Below, in pieces: positions 35,656-41,351 of a stretch of 41,351 nucleotides of DNA. This DNA comes from a virus. Its lineage: Duplodnaviria; Caudoviricetes. Numbering within the stretch: the stretch's first letter is position 1; every line of letters starts with the position of its first letter. The notes below the pieces were generated by a model. That model was given only the letters and a program-made list of their open reading frames with translations. It did not search any database and was not told where the DNA came from. The translations under genes were made by a program, and so were the position numbers. The stretch lies in the IMG/VR virus record IMGVR_UViG_3300030376_000859, positions 1-41,351 of that record. The stretch is one strand, 5' to 3'.

Positions 35656-36150
35656 TTAATTAATAATCCCAGATGCGGTGGAAATCATCAGTGCTAAAAA
35701 CAAACCTAGTGCCACTATAACTACTCCACTTACTAAAGCCCCCACCTTGATGTTTTCCATCATTTCTTCTTGTCGTAGGATTTCTGCTCTTCGTGCGGCG
35801 GCTGCAGCTTCCTTTGCAGCTTGGATACGCTTTGCTCTTTCAGCTACGATTCCTTTCCAAGTTCCCGGACCAAACCTCATGTCAACCATCGCGGCTACTT
35901 CTTGGAGTTTTTCTGCAGCGATACGTGCATCAATCACTTCACGGGCAACAGTGTCTACACCAAACTGGTCCCCTAGACCTACACTACCCGCTTTTTTATT
36001 GCGGGTCTGCTGCACCTGTTTTTCGCCCTCGAACAGGTTGTCTATGTAACCTGCTATATCTCCAATGTCGTTGGCGGTTCCTATTGCAGATTTGATACCG
36101 TCTACTGCACTCTTTACAAGGGCTATACCTGCGAGTGTTTCTGCAATCAT
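35656..36150 (-). CDS. membrane-anchored coiled-coil protein
   Basis: Helical body with C-terminal TM. Confidence 0.7.
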   Translation of the reverse strand: MIAETLAGIALVKSAVDGIKSAIGTANDIGDIAGYIDNLFEGEKQVQQTRNKKAGSVGLGDQFGVDTVAREVIDARIAAEKLQEVAAMVDMRFGPGTWKGIVAERAKRIQAAKEAAAAARRAEILRQEEMMENIKVGALVSGVVIVALGLFLALMISTASGIIN

Positions 36151-36154
36151 TAGG

Positions 36155-36340
36155 CTACTTTCGCTTTGGTTGTGGTTTGCAAATTGCGGTTATTCTTGAA
36201 CTACCCCCCTCTGGTAATGGAACAGGGCGTTGACTAGACAATCTACGGGCAAAATAAAGACACCTGTCCATGTCTTCAAATACTTGGGTTCTGTCTATTA
36301 GTTGTGAGTTTAGATAAACGGAAAGAACAAACTCTATCAT
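36155..36340 (-). CDS. small two-Cys protein
   Basis: Hydrophobic strand, F....C...C pattern; ATGA overlap. Confidence 0.65.
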   Translation of the reverse strand: MIEFVLSVYLNSQLIDRTQVFEDMDRCLYFARRLSSQRPVPLPEGGSSRITAICKPQPKRK

Positions 36341-36558
36341 TCTACTATGCGAACTATGTAGTTGGAGCCATCTGCATTTTTGGATACTTCAACAGTTTTA
36401 TTCTCACAGGAGTACCGCACTGTCTGGCTCTTTTTGTACAAGTTCCTTTCTATGGTTCTTTTAGCCTTCAAGCATTTTGATATTTTTTCAAATGCCGTGT
36501 GTTCAGAAACATCGCCGCCCATGTACAGGATAAGAGTTATGGTTTTAATGATTTCCAT
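36337..36558 (-). CDS. small two-Cys protein
   Basis: SKCLKAKR...YSC. Confidence 0.7.
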   Translation of the reverse strand: MEIIKTITLILYMGGDVSEHTAFEKISKCLKAKRTIERNLYKKSQTVRYSCENKTVEVSKNADGSNYIVRIVE

Positions 36559-36943
36559 TTCTCATCTTCTCTAGGTTTTCTTCTAAGGCGTTTAATCGCT
36601 TCTCGTAAAACTCTAGGGTTAGCTTCTGCTGTTGGTCGTAGGGGGCTTTGCCCTCGTCTATCTGCGTAGACAAATCATCCAACTCATTCGCCAAATGTTC
36701 GATAAGCATAAACTGTTCGCTGTCGGCAGGTAGGCTACCCATCTCCCCTCTGGGCCACTTGATGCGAAACTCTGTGTTCTGGCCCAGATCAGATTCCATC
36801 ATTGTAATGTTTGTTTCTATTTGGTTCAGGCGTTCGATAATACCAAAGTATGCCCATGTCGCTAGACTGGCGGCAGCTACCATGCTTATGATGTTACGTA
36901 ACGGTAGCGCAACTTCTGTGTTCTCGTTTAGCTTTGTAGCCAT
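36545..36943 (-). CDS. membrane protein with coiled coil
   Basis: N-terminal TM; KWPRGEMGSLPAD. Confidence 0.7.
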   Translation of the reverse strand: MATKLNENTEVALPLRNIISMVAAASLATWAYFGIIERLNQIETNITMMESDLGQNTEFRIKWPRGEMGSLPADSEQFMLIEHLANELDDLSTQIDEGKAPYDQQQKLTLEFYEKRLNALEENLEKMRNGNH

Positions 36944-37152
36944 TACTCAATACCTAGTATCCTAGATAATCCAAACACCTCTAGCAGCATAAAAGTAAAG
37001 AACAGTAACAATATGCTACCTGCTATCAATTTGCCGCTAAAATTTGTACTGCCTATGCGGATGGCAATGAACTCGTTGCCCAGTATTCTCAATATCAATT
37101 CAAAACTGTTTTCGGTGATGCTTACGTCTACGGGCTTTTCTGTGTTAGTCAT
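36943..37152 (-). CDS. small membrane protein
   Basis: FELILRILGNE plus C-terminal TM; AAGGA RBS. Confidence 0.65.
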   Translation of the reverse strand: MTNTEKPVDVSITENSFELILRILGNEFIAIRIGSTNFSGKLIAGSILLLFFTFMLLEVFGLSRILGIE

Positions 37153-37303
37153 CTTCTTTATCCATTCCAACGCAGAAGCAATTAGCATCAGGATTGTCGA
37201 ACCCGTGTTCAGTTATAGATACGTGGCAGTGGGAGAACCACTTGTGAGTGGAGTGTACAACAGCTTTCACTTCAAGGAAGTTAGCCGCAATGATACAGAA
37301 CAT
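37145..37303 (-). CDS. small Cys/His-rich protein
   Basis: MFCIIAA...SHCH...CFCV; starts 2 nt after the msmA-like stop. Confidence 0.55.
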   Translation of the reverse strand: MFCIIAANFLEVKAVVHSTHKWFSHCHVSITEHGFDNPDANCFCVGMDKEDD

Positions 37304-37305
37304 GA

Positions 37306-38388
37306 CTACGCCGCTAGTTGCCAAGACTTGCTCGCATCTAATCCCATCCACTTGCTCCACTCTGCATAGTAGTGTCGCATACCGACTTCATCGTGAATGG
37401 TGCTGTTTTCGTGTCGTCCGTGTAGGATGTTACGGGGTTCTGTTCCCTCACGCATTGTTGTACCCTGACCAGCTACGCCGATAAGGTCTTCGTGCAGGTT
37501 ACGCCCGAATGGACCCCAAATAGAGTTGTGATGCTTGATACGAGTCGCACGTTCCTTTGGGGTATCCTTTTTAAGACCATAGCCACGAAACTCAATAAGA
37601 ACCTTGTTTGGCCCAAGAGGTGTAACACTATCGCTTCGATAAGCACTACCACGAAGATTAAAATTAAATCCGGGGAACAGGTCAACCATGTACCATTGAT
37701 TGGGTGGCAGGTTAGGGAAACTAAGCTCTCCTCTATCCTCAAAGCCGTCGTATTCTTCGTAGTTAACGGTGAAGCTGCTAACATTAACATGTCCGTTATC
37801 GAATGGTATGTTTTTTCTAGCAAAGTATTCATCGTTAAAACCTGATACACGATTAAAGTAGTGCATGAAATCGTGATAGAACTCGCTGTTGGTATCGTGC
37901 CACAGCTTGTAATTTGTATCTATAATAGCCTTGTGGTAATGAAAGACTTCCATCTCTTCAGTGTCGATAGCATCCGCGATACAGTCGAATGCACCACCTG
38001 TCCACTCATCTACGCTTTGATCTGGGTTGGTGTTTAGGGTAGTCCAGACCATACCCCCATGTTTTACTTCACAGGGCAGTTCCTGCCAGCCGCCCGAATG
38101 GTAGACCATAGACAGATTGTTACCAGCAGGTGATTTTACTTTGTCGGTCAGGAATGTCTTAATTACGTTGTTCTCAAAACGAACAGCTACCACGTTTTGC
38201 AGAGCTATCTGTGTAGTCCTGTAATCCCCTAGATGCAGTAATTCGCTGGAGTGGCACATAGGTATCCACACTTTGGAGAATATCTTGTCTAGTTCCTGTT
38301 TGTAGATGTCGTGACTAGAGTAGATCGACGAACTGATGTACTCTACTTTAGGAGTCTTGAGCCAATCTTTATGATTGCGTGGTGGCAT
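37306..38388 (-). CDS. msmA: methanesulfonate monooxygenase alpha-subunit-like protein lacking the Rieske motif
   Basis: IFSKVW..CHSSEL, NYKLWHDTNSEFYHDFMH, DLFPG and WGPFGRNLHED; no CxH...CxxH. Confidence 0.75.
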   Translation of the reverse strand: MPPRNHKDWLKTPKVEYISSSIYSSHDIYKQELDKIFSKVWIPMCHSSELLHLGDYRTTQIALQNVVAVRFENNVIKTFLTDKVKSPAGNNLSMVYHSGGWQELPCEVKHGGMVWTTLNTNPDQSVDEWTGGAFDCIADAIDTEEMEVFHYHKAIIDTNYKLWHDTNSEFYHDFMHYFNRVSGFNDEYFARKNIPFDNGHVNVSSFTVNYEEYDGFEDRGELSFPNLPPNQWYMVDLFPGFNFNLRGSAYRSDSVTPLGPNKVLIEFRGYGLKKDTPKERATRIKHHNSIWGPFGRNLHEDLIGVAGQGTTMREGTEPRNILHGRHENSTIHDEVGMRHYYAEWSKWMGLDASKSWQLAA

Positions 38389-38603
38389 TAATCTATCAAA
38401 TCCTTATAAGCTGTTTTTGCTTTTTTATAAAACTCAGAAACCGCAATACCCACATCTTCAAAGATTGATGTTTCTGCACTTTTTGATGCCTTACGTCCCT
38501 TGCTAGATTTGGCACTTCCGATATACCTACTAAAACCCGTCTTAGGGTCTTGGCCTGTATAAACTTGTTTAACTGATTTGCTTTTTGTTTCTGTGTATGC
38601 CAC
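38388..38603 (-). CDS. small basic protein
   Basis: GTG start 1 nt after the lysozyme stop; TAATG coupling to msmA-like gene. Confidence 0.6.
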   Translation of the reverse strand: MAYTETKSKSVKQVYTGQDPKTGFSRYIGSAKSSKGRKASKSAETSIFEDVGIAVSEFYKKAKTAYKDLID

Positions 38604-38604
38604 C

Positions 38605-39090
38605 CTAGAACTCCCCCGCTTTCATTGCGTCCGAAAGTTTAACAGACCTCGAACCTACCTGTTTAGCCCACCTCGAATCCATCATCTCAAGTGATGCTAT
38701 TTCGTAGTTACCATCGTAGATTGCAGCCCACATGTTCTTGAACTTGCACAACCGGGGAACTCCCATATTGAACGCCATATCCATCAGTATCAACTGTCTT
38801 ACACTATCTAAGTCTTCGACGCAAGGATGAACTCGACACAGTTCGTTTTCGACTATGCGGATATCGTTCATGGCAAGGTAACGAGCGTCGGCTTCAGTAA
38901 TACCGTATTCGTAGATTACATCTATATGAGGGATATCCATGTACTCTAGTTCTTCTTTGGTGATGCCTCTGTCTTTGAGGTTCCTACCTATTCCTATAGT
39001 ATCTATGCCTAAACTGTCTTGATATACAGTAAGCACCATACCCTCATGTTCAATTAGTTTATCTAGAAAATGTTCTGTTCTATATTTCAT
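38605..39090 (-). CDS. endolysin, T4-type lysozyme (GH24)
   Basis: HEG...YQDSLGIDTIGIG catalytic E/D/T, MAFNMG, SRWAKQV. Confidence 0.9.
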   Translation of the reverse strand: MKYRTEHFLDKLIEHEGMVLTVYQDSLGIDTIGIGRNLKDRGITKEELEYMDIPHIDVIYEYGITEADARYLAMNDIRIVENELCRVHPCVEDLDSVRQLILMDMAFNMGVPRLCKFKNMWAAIYDGNYEIASLEMMDSRWAKQVGSRSVKLSDAMKAGEF

Positions 39091-39209
39091 TTGGCTTTAC
39101 CCCAGCTAATTATCTCATCAATGGTTCGCCCACATCCGATACATTTAACTCTTTCCTTGTCCAATACACAAATTCCTTTGCACGGACTTTTACTTTCTTT
39201 TGGATTCAC
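39087..39209 (-). CDS. DUF1289-like four-Cys protein (not in ORF track)
   Basis: SPCKGICVLD....CIGCGRTIDEIISW; ATGA overlap with lysozyme; start uncertain. Confidence 0.7.
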   Translation of the reverse strand: MNPKESKSPCKGICVLDKERVKCIGCGRTIDEIISWGKAK

Positions 39210-39435
39210 GCGACCTAGTTTCCACAGTGCTACTTGACTCGTGACCCATCCACACAGCAAAAGCCCCCGTCATAGCCCCGACAACCGTCGATACAAATGC
39301 AGTTTGTTGGGTCGTTGCACTCGCACCTAGAGCCATGAACCACTGAACCACCTGATAGCTCATCAGTGTCATTGCCAACATCATCAGTCTTGGAAGGATT
39401 CGCCATGCTAATATTTTCTCCATTGTATATGTCAT
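39190..39435 (-). CDS. two-TM membrane protein, holin-like
   Basis: WRILPR plus two TMs; in the lysis cassette. Confidence 0.6.
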   Translation of the reverse strand: MTYTMEKILAWRILPRLMMLAMTLMSYQVVQWFMALGASATTQQTAFVSTVVGAMTGAFAVWMGHESSSTVETRSRESKRK

Positions 39436-39821
39436 TTCTTACCAAAGAACTTTGTCGCTGACCGGACTCCAAAGCTTGCAGCAACGATAACGCCCAAGCT
39501 GTACTGGTACCATTCAGGCATTTGCTCCAATTGTTGAAATCCGTTACGTACAAGGTCTTCCATCCCCGGTATAAAAGCTAAAATAAGTGGTATGCTAAAT
39601 AATATGGTGAGCCATTCGTCTTTCCAAGATGACTGGCTACCCTTTGCCATCTCTAAGTCCCAGTCAATTTCCCCCGTAGCTTTTTTCTGCATAACTACAG
39701 CTTCTGCTTGTGCCATAGCTACTTTGGTAGCTGACTGGGCTTTCTTCTCTGCGACTTTACCGGACATCCATGTGCCAGCAAGGTCTGCTATTGGTCCAAT
39801 TAGGGCTGTTAGCATTTCCAT
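39432..39821 (-). CDS. putative holin
   Basis: SSWKDEW followed by TMs; ASFGVR and basic C-terminus. Confidence 0.65.
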   Translation of the reverse strand: MEMLTALIGPIADLAGTWMSGKVAEKKAQSATKVAMAQAEAVVMQKKATGEIDWDLEMAKGSQSSWKDEWLTILFSIPLILAFIPGMEDLVRNGFQQLEQMPEWYQYSLGVIVAASFGVRSATKFFGKK

Positions 39822-40093
39822 CGTCTCCTTGCTTGGCGCAAACGACTGTTAGGATTCTTTGCAGCTTTTGGAAACTTCTTCATCTGTCCGGCTGACCTTG
39901 CACAGAAAGATTTACGTCGTTTTGCGTCTTTGCTTCCGGGCTTCACTTTGCCTGTTACGGCAGTCTTCAATTTACTACCGGGATTCTTGCGACGATACGC
40001 AGCAACCCCAGCCTTAGTCATACCCGCACCAGACTTGGTAGAACGAAAGTTCTTCTTGTTACGGGCTGGCATTTTATCAACTTTACGTGCCAT
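39809..40093 (-). CDS. highly basic protein
   Basis: RRKSFCARS...RRRWKC. Confidence 0.75.
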   Translation of the reverse strand: MARKVDKMPARNKKNFRSTKSGAGMTKAGVAAYRRKNPGSKLKTAVTGKVKPGSKDAKRRKSFCARSAGQMKKFPKAAKNPNSRLRQARRRWKC

Positions 40094-40260
40094 CAGGCTT
40101 TAGCTACCTTTTTGGCTTTTGCACTCAAGTCTTTAAAGTGAACTAATTTTACAGAAGTCTTTGAATGCTTTGCGCCTGTGTGCAACGAGCCGTCAGGCAT
40201 TTTGTGCGTCTTTCCTGTAAAAACTTTTCCATTCTTCTTGTAATGCTTAACACCCTTCAT
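40093..40260 (-). CDS. 55-aa Lys/His-rich protein (not in ORF track)
   Basis: MKGVKHY...THKMPDGSLHTGAKH; stop/start overlaps at both ends. Confidence 0.75.
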   Translation of the reverse strand: MKGVKHYKKNGKVFTGKTHKMPDGSLHTGAKHSKTSVKLVHFKDLSAKAKKVAKA

Positions 40261-40499
40261 TTCGATGTCCTTCTCTTTCTACGTTTACCAGATGCCGTAA
40301 CAGACCACTTTACTGCTCGTGGTCCTGTCTTCTTGGCTGCTTCTTTTTTGGTTATGCGCTTGGCGACTTTGGCAGGTCTACAGGCTGGGTAGGGACGTTT
40401 CTTTTTCTCTGAACCAGAGCGACCACACTTTTTGCCAGTCTTTACGTCTCGCCAGTCTTCCTTAAACCATTTAGTTAAACCGCCCTTTGGTTTAGCCAT
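40257..40499 (-). CDS. highly basic protein
   Basis: GLTKWFKEDW.DV...CGR...YPACRP. Confidence 0.75.
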   Translation of the reverse strand: MAKPKGGLTKWFKEDWRDVKTGKKCGRSGSEKKKRPYPACRPAKVAKRITKKEAAKKTGPRAVKWSVTASGKRRKRRTSK

Positions 40500-40678
40500 C
40501 AGGCATACGTCCCGCCGCGCTTTTTATAGGTTCTAACTAACCAAGCATTTGCATATGCGCTTGGATAAACATCAAATTTACGTTTAGCCTCTGCCTTAAC
40601 CCGTGCGTATAATGCTGCATTCTTTGGCTTTGGACTTTTTGATTTTTTACTGGGTTTCTTAGGTGCTTTTCTAGCCAT
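40499..40678 (-). CDS. highly basic protein
   Basis: MARK start with GGGGGT RBS; LYARVK...YPSAYAN...YKKRGG. Confidence 0.75.
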   Translation of the reverse strand: MARKAPKKPSKKSKSPKPKNAALYARVKAEAKRKFDVYPSAYANAWLVRTYKKRGGTYA

Positions 40679-40732
40679 TGTGTATTTACCCCCGGCAAAG
40701 GTTGTTGCTTTTATCACAAAATAAATATAGAG

Positions 40733-40762
40733 TCAAGAGGGCAAGTTGCCCTGCCCCCTTGA
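40733..40762 (-). terminator. hairpin after the capsid operon, probable terminator
   Basis: TCAAGAGGGCA/TGCCCCCTTGA inverted repeat; T-rich tract follows on the minus strand. Confidence 0.6.
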
Positions 40763-40768
40763 TTAGTA

Positions 40769-41227
40769 TTATACTCCAGTCTGAACTGCAGCAGTCTGGA
40801 CCATTCTAGTCGGGTCGCCAATGTCAGCAACACATGCAATAACACGGAAACGAACTACAGCAGAGTCTGCACCCAAGATTTTAACTTGGATAGCATCTGT
40901 AGCAATTACTGTGTTGATACCTGCTGCTGTAGGGTGAAAGTTGTAGATAGCATCAGCGTTGCCATCAACACCATCACAGAAGGCATCAATGTCAGTGCTA
41001 AGACCAACGTCAAAAGTCACACTAGAACCACCAGCTTCGAGAACGTCAAGGCAACCACCTAGAACAATCGAGTTGTCCGGCAGGTCAATCATCTTGATGA
41101 CATCGTTAGCTGTAAGGTTATCATCGGCTGCGTCAAAGATTTTTGACTGCACGATGTAAGGACGAATCGCGTTAGCGGGATGTCCTACAGTTCCACCACC
41201 AGTGATGGTATGGTCAAAAGTAGCCAT
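40769..41227 (-). CDS. capsid decoration / minor capsid protein, putative
   Basis: Directly after the capsid gene; beta-sandwich pattern; AGGGGGG RBS. Confidence 0.6.
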   Translation of the reverse strand: MATFDHTITGGGTVGHPANAIRPYIVQSKIFDAADDNLTANDVIKMIDLPDNSIVLGGCLDVLEAGGSSVTFDVGLSTDIDAFCDGVDGNADAIYNFHPTAAGINTVIATDAIQVKILGADSAVVRFRVIACVADIGDPTRMVQTAAVQTGV

Positions 41228-41241
41228 TTATCTAGCCCCCC

Positions 41242-41351
41242 TTACGCAAAGTCTACAACGCCGCGAACGATTGCTTCTTGGCGAAGTACTTTTTGCCCAA
41301 AAACATGCAGTCCACGAATAACGTCGGAGAACGATTCAGTTGAACGAACCA
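41242..41351 (-). CDS. major capsid protein, C-terminal fragment (truncated by window)
   Basis: VRSTESFSDVIRGLHVFGQKVLRQEAIVRGVVDFA resembles an HK97-fold capsid C-terminus. Confidence 0.75.
   Translation of the reverse strand, partial: VRSTESFSDVIRGLHVFGQKVLRQEAIVRGVVDFA

Noticed and set aside
18090-37845. Many plus-strand ORFs in the virion region
   Set aside because: Antisense shadows of long minus-strand genes, with no RBS or recognisable motifs
1-41351. tRNA, rRNA, integrase/att site, phage RNA polymerase
   Set aside because: No cloverleaf or diagnostic motifs recognised by eye; tRNAscan-SE and HMM searches would be needed to exclude them firmly

Overview
This window is most of a marine podovirus-like phage genome, very probably of the HMO-2011 (SAR116/Roseobacter-infecting) type. 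The assignment rests on a family-A DNA polymerase with an inserted DnaJ-type CxxCxGxG zinc finger, an MsmA-like auxiliary gene, a class II ribonucleotide reductase, MazG, and the absence of a phage RNA polymerase. Layout: 1-700 is a structured non-coding region with divergent sigma70 promoters, repeats and palindromes (possible genome end); 712-5620 is a leftward early module of small genes; 5762-16831 is a rightward replication/nucleotide module; 16833-41351 holds leftward virion, lysis and accessory genes, ending inside the major capsid gene. Main observations: (1) a promoter-and-terminator-bounded ~90-nt structured RNA candidate (about 184-274) displays GUCGGUUU in a loop, and its complement AAACCGAC is heavily over-represented and polarised across the genome, including at translation starts; (2) an iteron-like GCTGACAWWATTT cluster; (3) a DNA polymerase split into two genes; (4) an MsmA-like oxygenase that lacks its Rieske motif. 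All family calls come from motif recognition by eye and all motif counts are manual; no database searches were run.
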